Shown piece by piece: positions 1 through 15,530 of a stretch of DNA of 64,000 bases. The position numbers and the translations under genes are program-made. The notes beneath the pieces were generated by a model. The model made no database searches and had not been told where the DNA came from. It saw nothing but the letters and a program-made list of their open reading frames with translations. Each line of letters starts with the position of its first letter. The stretch's first letter is position 1. Source of the DNA: Escherichia coli (GTDB lineage: Bacteria > Pseudomonadota > Gammaproteobacteria > Enterobacterales > Enterobacteriaceae); the NCBI RefSeq assembly GCF_050920415.1, contig NZ_CP169309.1. The stretch is one strand, 5' to 3'.

Positions 1-179
1 AGGACTTACAAAGCAAAGCACCTGATAAAAATATCGTTATTTTTACCCATAATCATTGCCTGACATATATTGCTAAAGATAAGCGTGATGCGACATTTAA
101 ACCTGATTATCTGGATGGCTTAGTTATGCATGTGGAAAAAGGCAAAGTTTATCTGGATGGGGAATTCGTTAACCACTGA
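1..179 (+). CDS. ais: 3' end of a histidine-phosphatase-like gene (Ais-like); partial, start lies outside the window
   Basis: Open frame running into the window and ending at TGA 177-179 (translation ...[44 protein letters not shown]); convergent with nudI as expected from the K-12 neighbourhood. Family assignment is by position and weak motif only. Confidence 0.45.
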   Translation, partial: DLQSKAPDKNIVIFTHNHCLTYIAKDKRDATFKPDYLDGLVMHVEKGKVYLDGEFVNH

Positions 180-217
180 TTTTTCAATCTGACAGCCAGT
201 AATGGCTGCCATCACTG

Positions 218-643
218 TTACAGAAGACCTTTCAAACGTAACGTTTTTCGGGTGGCGACATTCAAATCATAGTGCGCTAGATCTTCAGGTTTTACCCACG
301 CGTAGTCCTGAAACTCTTCGTTTATTTTCACTTCTCGGTTGGCTGATACACAGTCAAAGATCAGGTAAATCATATAAATTTCTTCCTTGCGACCATCTGC
401 ATACATCTTGGTACGAATATCATCGCTGAAGGTCCACGGCGTGATTTCTGTCAAAATCAGCTGTTCTCCCAGTTCTTCACGAATTTCGCGGCGTAGTGCC
501 TCTTCAATTCGTTCACCAGGCTGCACGCCGCCACCCGAAAGCGCCCATTGACCGGGGAAAACGCCGCGATCGTCGGCCATTTTACACAGCAAATAAGCAC
601 CATCATTTTGAATCAAAGGGCAAACAATAGTCCGTTGTCGCAC
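218..643 (-). CDS. nudI: Nudix hydrolase NudI (nucleoside triphosphatase)
   Basis: Minus-strand ORF 218..688; translation contains the Nudix box ([24 protein letters not shown]). Start set to in-frame GTG at 643 preceded by AAGGA, giving [10 protein letters not shown]...; the longer ORF start has no RBS. Confidence 0.85.
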   Translation of the reverse strand: MRQRTIVCPLIQNDGAYLLCKMADDRGVFPGQWALSGGGVQPGERIEEALRREIREELGEQLILTEITPWTFSDDIRTKMYADGRKEEIYMIYLIFDCVSANREVKINEEFQDYAWVKPEDLAHYDLNVATRKTLRLKGLL

Positions 644-921
644 GGGGATATTCCTTATAAATAAAAAGAAACCATGAGAATACGGCAACTCAGAAATATG
701 TGAAAGTGACAGTAATCTCTTTTGCGATGATAACTGTACTTATTATTATTTTTGTGTGTATCGATACAGTGTGTTTATTTTTTCAGCGTTTAATTATTTG
801 AGAAGTATTTAGTTACAATAAGTGACTAGATCCCTTTTTTCGCTCATTGAATCCTCAGCGCCAGGCAGTACAATCCCGCAGCTTTGGGAATTATGATTAA
901 TTGCTTGTGGGAAAGGGGATA

Positions 922-1464
922 ATGAAAAAAATTGCGCTAGCAGGTCTGGCCGGAATGCTGTTGGTTTCTGCATCGGTCAATGCAATGAGCATCAGCGGCC
1001 AGGCGGGTAAAGAATACACCAATATTGGTGTCGGTTTTGGTACGGAATCGACGGGCCTGGCGTTAAGCGGTAACTGGACACATAACGACGACGACGGTGA
1101 CGTCGCGGGCGTAGGGCTGGGGTTGAATCTGCCTCTTGGTCCGTTAATGGCGACCGTTGGCGGAAAAGGCGTTTACACCAACCCGAATTACGGCGATGAA
1201 GGTTATGCTGCGGCGGTAGGAGGTGGTTTGCAGTGGAAAATAGGCAACAGCTTCCGTTTGTTTGGCGAGTATTACTACTCTCCAGATTCGCTCTCCAGCG
1301 GTATTCAAAGTTATGAGGAAGCGAATGCTGGTGCGCGTTACACCATTATGCGTCCAGTCAGTATTGAGGCAGGTTATCGCTATCTGAATCTGTCGGGTAA
1401 AGATGGTAACCGCGACAACGCCGTGGCTGACGGTCCATATGTTGGCGTTAACGCCAGTTTCTGA
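922..1464 (+). CDS. yfaZ: YfaZ family outer-membrane protein (signal peptide, beta-barrel-like)
   Basis: ORF 901..1464; start placed at ATG 922 (MKKIALAGLAGMLLVSASVNA signal peptide) preceded by AAAGGGGA RBS; C-terminal aromatic residue (…GVNASF) typical of OM beta-barrels. Confidence 0.8.
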   Translation: MKKIALAGLAGMLLVSASVNAMSISGQAGKEYTNIGVGFGTESTGLALSGNWTHNDDDGDVAGVGLGLNLPLGPLMATVGGKGVYTNPNYGDEGYAAAVGGGLQWKIGNSFRLFGEYYYSPDSLSSGIQSYEEANAGARYTIMRPVSIEAGYRYLNLSGKDGNRDNAVADGPYVGVNASF

Positions 1465-1563
1465 TGCCTTCCGGCGCGGCATTCTGTCGCGCCATTCAGT
1501 TTCTTACTACGCCTTATCTCCCTTTGCGTTATAGTGATTCGATAACAAAAGCAGGAGATAACC

Positions 1564-2766
1564 ATGTTAACAGTGGAAATGTTATCCACCGGGGATGAAG
1601 TGTTACACGGGCAAATCGTTGACACTAACGCTGCCTGGCTGGCCGATTTTTTCTTTCATCAGGGGTTGCCATTATCTCGCCGCAATACGGTGGGGGATAA
1701 CCTTGATGACTTAGTCACCATTCTGCGCGAACGTAGTCAGCACGCCGATGTGCTGATCGTCAATGGCGGACTGGGGCCGACCAGTGATGATTTAAGCGCA
1801 CTCGCCGCTGCGACTGCAAAAGGAGAAGGCCTGGTGCTGCATGAGGCCTGGCTCAAAGAGATGGAACGTTATTTTCGCGAACGTGGACGGGTGATGGCAC
1901 CGAGCAACCGTAAACAAGCGGAGCTACCTGCCAGTGCAGAATTTATCAATAACCCGGTAGGCACCGCTTGTGGTTTTGCCGTGCAGCTTAATCGTTGCCT
2001 GATGTTCTTTACCCCCGGCGTACCGTCAGAATTTAAGGTGATGGTCGAGCACGAAATCCTGCCGCGCCTGCGCGAGCGTTTTTCTTTACCGCAGCCGCCG
2101 GTTTGTCTGCGTTTGACTACCTTTGGTCGTTCGGAAAGCGATCTGGCGCAAAGCCTGGACTCCCTGCAACTGCCGCCGGGCGTTACAATGGGCTATCGCT
2201 CTTCTATGCCGATAATTGAACTTAAGCTGACCGGACCGGCAAGCGAGCAACAGGCGATGGAAAAACTGTGGCTGGACGTTAAACGTGTTGCCGGACAGAG
2301 CGTGATTTTCGAAGGCACCGAAGGACTGCCCGCGCAGATCAGTCGCGAATTGCAGAGCCGCCAGTTCAGCCTGACGTTGAGCGAGCAATTCACCGGTGGT
2401 TTATTGGCTTTGCAACTTTCTCGCGCAGGTGCTCCATTGCTGGCGTGTGAAGTAGTTCCTTCACAGGAAGAAACCCTGGCGCAAACTGCGCACTGGATTA
2501 CAGAACGGCGTGCCAACCATTTTGCCGGGCTGGCACTGGCTGTTTCTGGTTTCGAGAACGAACATCTCAACTTTGCGCTAGCCTCGCCAGACGGCACTTT
2601 CGCTCTGCGTGTGCGTTTCAGCACTACGCGCTACAGCCTGGCTATCCGTCAGGAAGTGTGCGCAATGATGGCACTGAATATGCTGCGCCGTTGGTTAAAC
2701 GGTCAGGACATCGCCAGTGAGCATGGCTGGATTGAGGTTGTTGAGTCCATGACTTTATCTGTCTGA
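1564..2766 (+). CDS. yfaY: CinA-like protein (competence/damage-inducible family, MoCF-binding N-domain)
   Basis: 400-aa ORF with AGGAGA RBS 8 nt upstream; N-terminal LSTGDE(V/L)L..G...DTN motif characteristic of the CinA/MoaB family; position matches K-12 yfaY. Confidence 0.8.
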   Translation: MLTVEMLSTGDEVLHGQIVDTNAAWLADFFFHQGLPLSRRNTVGDNLDDLVTILRERSQHADVLIVNGGLGPTSDDLSALAAATAKGEGLVLHEAWLKEMERYFRERGRVMAPSNRKQAELPASAEFINNPVGTACGFAVQLNRCLMFFTPGVPSEFKVMVEHEILPRLRERFSLPQPPVCLRLTTFGRSESDLAQSLDSLQLPPGVTMGYRSSMPIIELKLTGPASEQQAMEKLWLDVKRVAGQSVIFEGTEGLPAQISRELQSRQFSLTLSEQFTGGLLALQLSRAGAPLLACEVVPSQEETLAQTAHWITERRANHFAGLALAVSGFENEHLNFALASPDGTFALRVRFSTTRYSLAIRQEVCAMMALNMLRRWLNGQDIASEHGWIEVVESMTLSV

Positions 2767-2985
2767 TTCCGCCACTCCGTGCCGGTTTACTGCACCGGCA
2801 CGTTCCCCCTCCGGCAAAATTTGTCCAACCTGTTGTACTCAATAAGAAAAAATCCGTGCGCTGATTCACAAATTTGTGCGTAATTTCTCCAGTCCGCTGG
2901 ACGAGGTGCGGGATTTGATGCGCTTCACAATTTTACTCCCCCTGAGCAACGAGACTGATTCCAGTATCTAAGACTGGAGTCCAGT

Positions 2986-3768
2986 ATGTTGGAATCAAGC
3001 AAAGTTCCCGCCCTGACACGGGCTATTGATATTCTCAATTTGATTGCCCGCATTGGCCCCTGTAGTGCTGCGACGATCATTGACACATTGGGGATCCCTA
3101 AAAGCACGGCCTATTTGCTGCTTAATGAACTCAGGCGTCAGCGTTTTCTTAGCCTTGATCACCAGGAAAATTTTTGTTTGTGGACCAAGCTGGTGGAGCT
3201 TTCCGGTCATGCGTTAAGCAAGATGGATCTCCGGGAACTGGCTCGACCGCGTTTGACGCAACTGATGGATACCACCGGGCTGTTATGTCACCTGGGGATT
3301 ATTGATAACGGCAGCGCTTATTACATTTTGAAAGTGGAGTCATCAGCCACTATCAGCGTGCGTTCCCATGAAGGAAAAAGCCTTTCGCTTTATCGCTCCG
3401 GAATAGGTAAATGCCTGCTAGCCTGGCAACCTGCATCTGTACAGCAAAGTATTATCGAAGGGCTGGTCTGGGAGCAGGTGACACCCACAACGATTACTCA
3501 TCCACAGCAACTTCACGAAGAACTGGCGCGTATTCGCCGTCAGGGCTGGAGCTATGACAACGGCGAAGATTACGCCGATGTCCGTTGTGTCGCTGCGCCG
3601 GTGTTTAACGCCAATAACGAGCTTACCGCTGCGATCTCGGTGGTCGGTACCCGCTTACAAATCAATGAAGAATACCGTGATTATCTGGCGGGCAAGGCCA
3701 TTGCCTGCGCCAGGGATATTTCACGTCTGTTGGGATGGAAAAGTCCCTTTGACTTACAGGCCTCATAA
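2986..3768 (+). CDS. rhmR: IclR-family transcriptional regulator of L-rhamnonate utilisation
   Basis: 260-aa ORF; N-terminal HTH ([15 protein letters not shown]) and C-terminal IclR effector domain; immediately precedes rhmD-rhmT-rhmA. Confidence 0.85.
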   Translation: MLESSKVPALTRAIDILNLIARIGPCSAATIIDTLGIPKSTAYLLLNELRRQRFLSLDHQENFCLWTKLVELSGHALSKMDLRELARPRLTQLMDTTGLLCHLGIIDNGSAYYILKVESSATISVRSHEGKSLSLYRSGIGKCLLAWQPASVQQSIIEGLVWEQVTPTTITHPQQLHEELARIRRQGWSYDNGEDYADVRCVAAPVFNANNELTAAISVVGTRLQINEEYRDYLAGKAIACARDISRLLGWKSPFDLQAS

Positions 3769-3782
3769 CAATGGAGAACAGC

Positions 3783-4988
3783 ATGACCCTACCAAAAATC
3801 AAACAGGTTCGCGCCTGGTTTACTGGCGGTGCGACAGCAGAAAAAGGCGCTGGCGGCGGTGATTATCACGACCAGGGGGCGAATCACTGGATTGACGATC
3901 ATATTGCCACCCCGATGAGTAAATACCGCGATTACGAGCAGTCACGCCAGTCATTTGGCATTAACGTTCTTGGCACGTTGATTGTTGAAGTCGAAGCAGA
4001 AAACGGCCAGACCGGATTCGCCGTTTCGACAGCCGGTGAAATGGGCTGTTTTATTGTCGAAAAACACCTTAACCGTTTCATTGAGGGTAAATGTGTCAGT
4101 GATATCAAACTGATCCACGATCAAATGCTCAATGCCACCCTGTATTACTCCGGCTCTGGTGGCCTGGTGATGAATACGATTTCCTGTGTCGATCTGGCTC
4201 TGTGGGATCTGTTCGGCAAAGTGGTCGGGCTTCCGGTTTATAAACTTTTAGGCGGCGCAGTTCGTGATGAGATTCAGTTCTACGCCACAGGTGCGCGTCC
4301 GGATCTGGCAAAAGAGATGGGCTTTATCGGTGGCAAAATGCCGACGCACTGGGGGCCACATGATGGCGATGTGGGGATCCGCAAAGATGCCGCTATGGTC
4401 GCGGATATGCGTGAAAAATGCGGTGAGGATTTCTGGTTAATGCTCGACTGCTGGATGAGTCAGGACGTGAACTATGCCACCAAACTGGCCCACGCTTGCG
4501 CGCCCAATAACCTGAAATGGATCGAAGAGTGCCTGCCGCCACAGCAGTATGAAGGTTATCGCGAACTGAAACGCAACGCGCCAGTCGGAATGATGGTCAC
4601 CAGCGGTGAGCATCACGGCACACTGCAATCTTTCCGTACGCTTTCAGAAACCGGTATCGACATTATGCAGCCGGATGTTGGCTGGTGCGGTGGCTTAACC
4701 ACGCTGGTGGAAATTGCCGCAATCGCCAAATCCAGAGGGCAACTGGTGGTGCCGCACGGTTCGTCTGTTTACTCTCACCATGCGGTGATCACCTTCACCA
4801 ATACGCCATTCAGCGAATTCCTGATGACCAGCCCGGATTGTTCAACGATGCGTCCGCAATTTGATCCGATTCTGCTTAATGAGCCAGTGCCGGTGAATGG
4901 TCGTATTCATAAATCAGTGCTTGATAAACCCGGTTTCGGCGTCGAGCTCAATCGTGACTGCAATTTGAAACGCCCCTACAGCCACTAA
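3783..4988 (+). CDS. rhmD: L-rhamnonate dehydratase (enolase superfamily)
   Basis: ORF 3771..4988; start placed at ATG 3783 ([13 protein letters not shown]...) with GGAGA RBS; mandelate racemase/enolase-superfamily fold inferred from the translation. Confidence 0.85.
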   Translation: MTLPKIKQVRAWFTGGATAEKGAGGGDYHDQGANHWIDDHIATPMSKYRDYEQSRQSFGINVLGTLIVEVEAENGQTGFAVSTAGEMGCFIVEKHLNRFIEGKCVSDIKLIHDQMLNATLYYSGSGGLVMNTISCVDLALWDLFGKVVGLPVYKLLGGAVRDEIQFYATGARPDLAKEMGFIGGKMPTHWGPHDGDVGIRKDAAMVADMREKCGEDFWLMLDCWMSQDVNYATKLAHACAPNNLKWIEECLPPQQYEGYRELKRNAPVGMMVTSGEHHGTLQSFRTLSETGIDIMQPDVGWCGGLTTLVEIAAIAKSRGQLVVPHGSSVYSHHAVITFTNTPFSEFLMTSPDCSTMRPQFDPILLNEPVPVNGRIHKSVLDKPGFGVELNRDCNLKRPYSH

Positions 4989-5044
4989 TCATTCCGGGCG
5001 TTGCTTTGACAACGGTAACGCCCACATATTCTAAGGAGCTTTTT

Positions 5045-6334
5045 ATGAGCACCGCTTTGCTTGACGCCGTGGTGAAGAAAAACCGTGCGCGTTTAATTCC
5101 GTTTATGTTGGCGCTGTATGTGCTGGCGTTTCTCGACCGTTCGAATATCGGTTTTGCCAAACAGACCTACCAGATTGATACCGGGCTGAGTAATGAAGCT
5201 TATGCGCTGGGAGCAGGCATTTTCTTTGTGGTATATGCGTTTCTGGGTGTTCCGGCGAATCTTTTGATGCGCAAACTGGGGGCAAGAACCTGGATTGGTA
5301 CGACAACACTGCTGTGGGGATTTCTTTCGGCAGCCATGGCATGGGCCGATACTGAAGCGAAATTTCTGATCGTTCGCACTCTGCTTGGTGCTGCGGAGGC
5401 CGGGTTCTTCCCTGGTATGATTTATCTCACCTCGCAATGGTTTCCGCAGCGTAATCGCGCCAGCATTATGGGGCTGTTCTATATGGGCGCACCGTTGGCG
5501 TTAACACTGGGATCACCGCTTTCCGGCGCGCTGCTGGAGATGCATGGATTTATGGGGCATCCCGGCTGGTTCTGGATGTTTGTGATTGAAGGATTGCTGG
5601 CAGTCGGCGCTGGTGTATTCACATTCTTTTGGCTTGATGACACGCCGGAGCAGGCTCGTTTTCTGAGTAAAGAAGAAAAAACGTTGCTTATCAACCAACT
5701 GGCAAGTGAAGAACAACAGAAAGTGACTTCTCGACTGAGCGATGCGCTGCGTAATGGGCGAGTCTGGCAACTGGCGATTATCTACCTGACCATTCAGGTG
5801 GCGGTTTACGGATTAATTTTCTTCCTGCCGACGCAGGTTGCTGCATTGTTGGGGACAAAAGTGGGCTTTACGGCGTCGGTGGTCACCGCCATTCCGTGGG
5901 TCGCGGCCTTGTTTGGGACCTGGCTTATTCCGCGCTATTCCGATAAAACCGGCGAACGGCGTAATGTCGCGGCGCTGACATTACTGGCGGCGGGCATTGG
6001 TATTGGTCTCTCCGGGCTGCTTTCTCCAGTACTGGCGATCGTAGCGCTGTGTGTTGCAGCCATCGGGTTTATTGCCGTGCAGCCGGTGTTCTGGACGATG
6101 CCGACACAACTGCTTTCCGGTACGGCGCTGGCGGCGGGGATTGGTTTTGTAAACCTGTTTGGTGCAGTGGGCGGGTTTATTGCCCCGATCCTGCGCGTGA
6201 AAGCAGAAACGTTGTTTGCCAGCGATGCGGCTGGATTACTGACGCTGGCAGCGGTGGCGGTCATCGGTTCGCTGATTATTTTCACTCTGCGTGTAAATCG
6301 CACTGTTGCGCAGACCGACGTGGCACATCATTAA
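5045..6334 (+). CDS. rhmT: MFS transporter (putative L-rhamnonate transporter)
   Basis: ORF 5006..6334; start at ATG 5045 ([12 protein letters not shown]...) preceded by AAGGAG; translation is polytopic and hydrophobic, typical of a 12-TM MFS permease. Confidence 0.85.
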   Translation: MSTALLDAVVKKNRARLIPFMLALYVLAFLDRSNIGFAKQTYQIDTGLSNEAYALGAGIFFVVYAFLGVPANLLMRKLGARTWIGTTTLLWGFLSAAMAWADTEAKFLIVRTLLGAAEAGFFPGMIYLTSQWFPQRNRASIMGLFYMGAPLALTLGSPLSGALLEMHGFMGHPGWFWMFVIEGLLAVGAGVFTFFWLDDTPEQARFLSKEEKTLLINQLASEEQQKVTSRLSDALRNGRVWQLAIIYLTIQVAVYGLIFFLPTQVAALLGTKVGFTASVVTAIPWVAALFGTWLIPRYSDKTGERRNVAALTLLAAGIGIGLSGLLSPVLAIVALCVAAIGFIAVQPVFWTMPTQLLSGTALAAGIGFVNLFGAVGGFIAPILRVKAETLFASDAAGLLTLAAVAVIGSLIIFTLRVNRTVAQTDVAHH

Positions 6335-6350
6335 TAGGTTAAGGAACACC

Positions 6351-7154
6351 ATGAACGCATTATTAACCAATCCCTTTAAAGAACGTTTACGCAAGGACGA
6401 AGTGCAAATTGGTCTGTGGTTAAGCTCGACTACTTCTTATATGGCAGAAATTGCCGCCACCTCCGGTTATGACTGGTTGCTGATTGACGGGGAGCACGCG
6501 CCAAACACCATTCAGGATCTTTATCACCAGCTACAGGCGGTAGCGCCCTATGCCAGCCAACCCGTGATCCGTCCGGTGGAAGCCAGTAAGTCGCTGATTA
6601 AACAAGTCCTGGATATTGGCGCGCAAACTCTACTGATCCCGATGGTCGATACTGCCGATCAGGCACGTCAGGTGGTGTCTGCCACGCGCTATCCTCCCTA
6701 CGGTGAGCGTGGTGTCGGGGCCAGTGTGGCACGGGCTGCGCGCTGGGGACGCATTGAGAATTACATGGCGCAAGTCAACGATTCGCTTTGTCTGTTGGTG
6801 CAGGTGGAAAGTAAAACAGCACTGGATAACCTGGACGAAATCCTCGACGTCGAAGGGATTGACGGCGTGTTTATTGGACCTGCGGATCTTTCTGCCTCGT
6901 TGGGCTACCCGGATAACGCCGGGCACCCGGAAGTGCAGCGAATTATTGAAACCAGTATTCGGCGGATCCGTGCTGCGGGTAAAGCGGCTGGTTTTCTGGC
7001 TGTGGCTCCTGATATGGCGCAGCAATGCCTGGCGTGGGGAGCGAACTTTGTCGCTGTTGGCGTTGACACGATGCTCTACAGCGATGCCCTGGATCAACGA
7101 CTGGCGATGTTTAAATCAGGCAAAAATGGGCCACGCATAAAAGGTAGTTATTGA
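6351..7154 (+). CDS. rhmA: 2-keto-3-deoxy-L-rhamnonate aldolase (HpcH/HpaI aldolase family)
   Basis: ORF 6306..7154; start at ATG 6351 ([24 protein letters not shown]...) preceded by AAGGAA; HpcH/HpaI-type aldolase by recalled similarity. Confidence 0.85.
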   Translation: MNALLTNPFKERLRKDEVQIGLWLSSTTSYMAEIAATSGYDWLLIDGEHAPNTIQDLYHQLQAVAPYASQPVIRPVEASKSLIKQVLDIGAQTLLIPMVDTADQARQVVSATRYPPYGERGVGASVARAARWGRIENYMAQVNDSLCLLVQVESKTALDNLDEILDVEGIDGVFIGPADLSASLGYPDNAGHPEVQRIIETSIRRIRAAGKAAGFLAVAPDMAQQCLAWGANFVAVGVDTMLYSDALDQRLAMFKSGKNGPRIKGSY

Positions 7155-7194
7155 TATCAAAGGCCCATGGGGATCGGCTGTGGGCCTGTGTTAA

Positions 7195-7368
7195 TTAGTG
7201 GTTATTCGCTGCCAGATCGGCTTCGCTTAGCTGGGTGGCAGCGAGCACCAGGTCACGATCAATGCCCTGTTCCAGCATGCGCAAAGCAATTTTAATGGCT
7301 TGTTCATGCATGCCCTCCTGCCAGCCAATTTGATGCCCTTCCTGCCGTAGCCGTTCAGCAATAGTCAT
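7195..7368 (-). pseudogene. ypaA: ypaA: truncated paralog of the rpnE C-terminus (57 codons)
   Basis: Minus-strand frame ATG 7368 to TAA 7195 translates [35 protein letters not shown]..., near-identical to the start and end of the rpnE C-terminal segment encoded at 7381..7620 (direct nucleotide repeat visible). Confidence 0.7.
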
Positions 7369-7380
7369 CAATCTCTCCTT

Positions 7381-8340
7381 TTAATAACAGTTCGGAATAT
7401 CAGCATCAGTGAGTTGGGTTGTCGCCAGCACAATCTCACGTTCAAAGCCCTGTTCCAGCATGCGCAAGGCAATTTTAATGGCTTGTTCATGCATACCTTC
7501 TACTTTGCCTTTCTGCAAACCCTCCAATTTCCCCTCCTGCCAACCTTCAATTTTACCTTCCTGCCAGCCAATTTGGTGTCCTTCCTGCCGTAGCCGTTCA
7601 GCAATAGTCATCAATTTCTCCTTTTGTAGTGGTGAACGTTCGGCAATCTCCTCAATAAAACGGGTGAAACGGGAGGTATCGCCGCATTGCAGCAGATAAT
7701 TAAACAGCGTTTGTAGCTGGCTGTCATTAGTGAAGCCTCTAACCAAAAGCGTGGTGATCCTGTCGACCATACCGATTAAATCGCGGTCGCGAATATGCTT
7801 TTGAATCAGTTCAAGCAGAGCTATACGCCGATGTTGCATGATCTCATCGTCAGGCACGATGGTGATATCCACCAACGGAAAAGCTTCGGTGTACAACTGC
7901 CGGGCAAGTTGCGGATCGTCAAACTCATCCAGCCAGTTAAGTGAGTATGGGTAGGGCGAGGTTTCGCCGTGATAAAACAGCAACGGCACCACCAGCGGGA
8001 CTCTGTCATAGCCTTTGTCAAGGTGACGCTGCATGGCGGCGGTGGCATAGCGCATTAGCCGAAAAGCCATATTCTTTTCTGCAGAGCTTTGATGTTCAAT
8101 CACGCAGTAGATATAGCCGTTACCGTCGCTGGTTTCCACGGACCACAAAACATCCGAGTAGTAAGCGCGTAAACTTTTTTCAATAAAGCTGGTGGGTTCC
8201 AGGCGTAAGGTTTGCAGGTTGCAAAGTTTACGCAGTGGCTCCGGTAGATGTATTTCGAGAAAATCCCGCGCGGTTTCGGGCGAGAACATAAAGGTTTTAA
8301 ACACCGCATCATGCGGGGAGGAGGTTGTTGATTCGGTCAT
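7381..8340 (-). CDS. rpnE: Rpn-family recombination-promoting nuclease (transposase_31 / PD-(D/E)XK-like)
   Basis: 319-aa minus-strand ORF; N-terminal SPHDAVFK...YSDVLW...IEHQS region typical of Rpn/YhgA-like proteins; C-terminus carries EGWQEGK-type heptad repeats. Confidence 0.8.
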   Translation of the reverse strand: MTESTTSSPHDAVFKTFMFSPETARDFLEIHLPEPLRKLCNLQTLRLEPTSFIEKSLRAYYSDVLWSVETSDGNGYIYCVIEHQSSAEKNMAFRLMRYATAAMQRHLDKGYDRVPLVVPLLFYHGETSPYPYSLNWLDEFDDPQLARQLYTEAFPLVDITIVPDDEIMQHRRIALLELIQKHIRDRDLIGMVDRITTLLVRGFTNDSQLQTLFNYLLQCGDTSRFTRFIEEIAERSPLQKEKLMTIAERLRQEGHQIGWQEGKIEGWQEGKLEGLQKGKVEGMHEQAIKIALRMLEQGFEREIVLATTQLTDADIPNCY

Positions 8341-8533
8341 GGTTGTCCGTCACCTGATATTTATGATGACGCGACATTACGCGGATCTCAGAACAATGAC
8401 ATCTGCCAGTTTCTGCCTTTGCGAGACGTTTTCAGAAGAATTTTCAAAGCGATGCAACGCATACACTGGATGCGGAATCACGTACGCAAAAATGCCCGAT
8501 AAGCAATGCGCTTACCGGGCATCACAAGGAAGA

Positions 8534-12598
<4,065 letters not shown>

Positions 12599-12745
12599 TG
12601 TTATCCCTCTGAAGTTCGTTTTTTTACCATTTAGCCATAGTAAAAACATGAATTGTTTGATTTCGCGCATATTCGCTCATAATTCGAAAGTGAAACGTGA
12701 TTTCATGCGTCATTTTGAACATTCTGTAAATCTTATTTAATAATG

Positions 12746-12761
12746 TGTGCGGCAATTCACA
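12746..12761. promoter_or_regulatory. CRP-binding site in the divergent glpACB / glpTQ control region
   Basis: TGTGCggcaatTCACA matches the CRP consensus TGTGA-N6-TCACA and lies between the divergent glpA and glpT starts. Confidence 0.6.
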
Positions 12762-12871
12762 TTTAATTTCTGAATGTTTTCTTAACATCGCGGCAACTCA
12801 AGAAACGGCAGGTTCTCCCACTGAATCAGGCTGTTAATCATAAATAAGACCACGGGCCACGGAGGCTTTCA

Positions 12872-14230
12872 ATGTTGAGTATTTTTAAACCGGCGCCACA
12901 CAAAGCGCGCTTACCTGCCGCGGAGATCGATCCGACTTATCGTCGATTGCGCTGGCAAATTTTCCTGGGGATATTCTTTGGCTATGCTGCTTACTATTTG
13001 GTTCGTAAGAACTTTGCGCTCGCTATGCCTTACCTGGTGGAGCAGGGATTCTCACGCGGTGATTTAGGTTTCGCGCTTTCTGGGATCTCGATCGCCTATG
13101 GATTTTCGAAATTCATCATGGGTTCGGTGTCGGATCGCTCGAATCCGCGCGTTTTCCTCCCCGCAGGTTTGATTCTGGCGGCGGCAGTGATGCTGTTTAT
13201 GGGCTTTGTGCCATGGGCGACATCGAGCATTGCGGTGATGTTTGTACTGTTGTTCCTCTGCGGTTGGTTCCAGGGTATGGGGTGGCCGCCGTGTGGTCGT
13301 ACTATGGTGCACTGGTGGTCGCAGAAAGAACGTGGCGGCATTGTGTCGGTGTGGAACTGCGCACACAATGTCGGTGGTGGTATTCCGCCGCTGCTGTTCC
13401 TGCTGGGGATGGCCTGGTTCAATGACTGGCACGCGGCCCTCTATATGCCCGCTTTCTGCGCCATTCTGGTGGCACTATTCGCCTTTGCGATGATGCGCGA
13501 TACCCCACAATCCTGTGGCTTGCCGCCAATCGAAGAGTACAAAAACGATTATCCGGACGACTATAACGAAAAAGCGGAACAGGAGCTGACCGCAAAGCAA
13601 ATTTTCATGCAGTACGTGCTGCCGAACAAACTGCTGTGGTACATCGCCATCGCCAACGTGTTCGTTTATCTGCTGCGTTACGGCATCCTCGACTGGTCAC
13701 CGACCTACCTGAAAGAAGTTAAGCATTTCGCGCTGGATAAATCCTCCTGGGCCTACTTCTTCTATGAGTATGCGGGCATTCCGGGCACCCTGTTATGCGG
13801 CTGGATGTCGGATAAGGTCTTCCGCGGTAACCGTGGGGCAACCGGCGTCTTCTTTATGACACTGGTGACCATCGCAACTATCGTTTACTGGATGAACCCG
13901 GCGGGCAATCCCAACGTCGATATGATTTGTATGATTGTCATCGGCTTCTTGATCTACGGTCCTGTGATGCTGATCGGTCTGCATGCGCTGGAACTGGCAC
14001 CGAAAAAAGCGGCAGGTACGGCAGCGGGCTTTACCGGTCTGTTTGGTTACCTGGGCGGTTCGGTGGCGGCGAGCGCGATTGTTGGTTACACCGTGGACTT
14101 CTTTGGCTGGGATGGCGGCTTTATGGTAATGATTGGCGGCAGCATCCTGGCGGTTATCCTGTTGATAGTTGTGATGATTGGCGAAAAACGTCGCCATCAG
14201 GAATTACAGCAAAAACGCAATGGAGGCTAA
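12872..14230 (+). CDS. glpT: Glycerol-3-phosphate:phosphate antiporter (MFS)
   Basis: 452-aa ORF; highly hydrophobic MFS translation; GGAGG RBS upstream; followed 4 nt later by glpQ. Confidence 0.92.
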   Translation: MLSIFKPAPHKARLPAAEIDPTYRRLRWQIFLGIFFGYAAYYLVRKNFALAMPYLVEQGFSRGDLGFALSGISIAYGFSKFIMGSVSDRSNPRVFLPAGLILAAAVMLFMGFVPWATSSIAVMFVLLFLCGWFQGMGWPPCGRTMVHWWSQKERGGIVSVWNCAHNVGGGIPPLLFLLGMAWFNDWHAALYMPAFCAILVALFAFAMMRDTPQSCGLPPIEEYKNDYPDDYNEKAEQELTAKQIFMQYVLPNKLLWYIAIANVFVYLLRYGILDWSPTYLKEVKHFALDKSSWAYFFYEYAGIPGTLLCGWMSDKVFRGNRGATGVFFMTLVTIATIVYWMNPAGNPNVDMICMIVIGFLIYGPVMLIGLHALELAPKKAAGTAAGFTGLFGYLGGSVAASAIVGYTVDFFGWDGGFMVMIGGSILAVILLIVVMIGEKRRHQELQQKRNGG

Positions 14231-14234
14231 TGGC

Positions 14235-15311
14235 ATGAAATTGACGCTGAAAAACCTTAGCATGGCGATCATGATGAGTGGAATGATCATGGGAAGCAGT
14301 GCAATGGCGGCGGATAGCAACGAAAAAATAGTCATCGCCCATCGCGGTGCCAGTGGATATTTACCGGAGCATACGCTGCCAGCAAAAGCGATGGCTTATG
14401 CGCAGGGAGCGGATTATCTGGAACAGGATTTGGTGATGACGAAGGATGATCATCTGGTCGTTCTGCATGACCACTATCTTGACCGGGTAACCGATGTCGC
14501 CGATCGTTTCCCGGATCGGGCGCGTAAAGATGGCCGTTACTACGCGATAGATTTTACGCTGGATGAAATTAAGTCGCTGAAATTTACCGAAGGTTTCGAT
14601 ATTGAAAACGGTAAAAAAGTGCAGACTTATCCGGGGCGTTTCCCGATGGGTAAGTCTGACTTCCGGGTGCACACCTTTGAAGAAGAGATTGAATTTGTTC
14701 AGGGGTTAAATCACTCCACTGGGAAAAATATTGGTATCTATCCAGAAATTAAAGCGCCGTGGTTCCATCATCAGGAAGGGAAGGATATTGCAGCAAAAAC
14801 GCTGGAAGTGCTGAAGAAATATGGTTACCTCGGTAAGGACGACAAAGTTTATTTGCAATGTTTTGATGTTGATGAACTGAAGCGCATTAAAAATGAGCTG
14901 GAACCCAAAATGGGCATGGACCTCAATCTGGTACAGTTGATTGCCTATACCGACTGGAATGAAACGCAGCAGAAACAGCCAGACGGAAGCTGGGTCAATT
15001 ACAACTACGACTGGATGTTTAAGCCCGGGGCCATGAAACAGGTGGCGGAATATGCTGATGGTATTGGTCCGGATTATCATATGTTGATTGAGGAGACATC
15101 GCAGCCAGGTAATATCAAACTCACTGGCATGGTGCAAGATGCTCAGCAGAATAAACTGGTAGTACATCCTTACACCGTGCGGTCAGATAAGCTGCCTGAA
15201 TACACTACTGATGTGAATCAGTTATATGATGCTCTGTATAACAAAGCGGGTGTAAATGGGCTGTTTACTGATTTCCCTGATAAGGCAGTAAAATTCCTTA
15301 ATAAAGAGTAA
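14235..15311 (+). CDS. glpQ: Periplasmic glycerophosphodiester phosphodiesterase
   Basis: ORF 14178..15311; start placed at ATG 14235 (MKLTLKNLSMAIMMSGMIMGSSAMA signal peptide) then the GDPD-family motif HRGASGYLPEHT. Confidence 0.9.
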   Translation: MKLTLKNLSMAIMMSGMIMGSSAMAADSNEKIVIAHRGASGYLPEHTLPAKAMAYAQGADYLEQDLVMTKDDHLVVLHDHYLDRVTDVADRFPDRARKDGRYYAIDFTLDEIKSLKFTEGFDIENGKKVQTYPGRFPMGKSDFRVHTFEEEIEFVQGLNHSTGKNIGIYPEIKAPWFHHQEGKDIAAKTLEVLKKYGYLGKDDKVYLQCFDVDELKRIKNELEPKMGMDLNLVQLIAYTDWNETQQKQPDGSWVNYNYDWMFKPGAMKQVAEYADGIGPDYHMLIEETSQPGNIKLTGMVQDAQQNKLVVHPYTVRSDKLPEYTTDVNQLYDALYNKAGVNGLFTDFPDKAVKFLNKE

Positions 15312-15530
15312 TGCTACTGCAGGATGGCGTTCATGCGCCATCCTCTGCTAAAACGAAATAATGCTACTACCGGTTATTCTTTTCATTAACGGGTGCATCC
15401 TGTAAAAAGATGCCAACATAATTTTCGTAAAACTCATTCGTTAAAAAAGCTAACGCTGGGCATTGTTATTCTTTAAACAGTATGAATATGCCTCAATAAT
15501 AAATTGTAATGCAGTTTATACTGTAAAGTA

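Noticed and set aside
3554-3862. 102-aa ORF spanning the rhmR/rhmD junction (and similar short ORFs nested in coding regions throughout the track)
   Set aside because: It is out of frame within rhmR and rhmD, which have strong family-level support; no independent evidence.
7381-8340. rpnE (transposase_31-like) as a mobile element or IS
   Set aside because: No terminal inverted repeats or target-site duplication are visible, and Rpn proteins are chromosomal nucleases rather than autonomous transposases; annotated as a CDS.
15322-15343. Hairpin ggatggcg-ttcat-cgccatcc after glpQ as a rho-independent terminator
   Set aside because: The stem is clear but no T-run follows on either strand, so it was not entered as a terminator; it may still act as a convergent stop or RNA-stability element.
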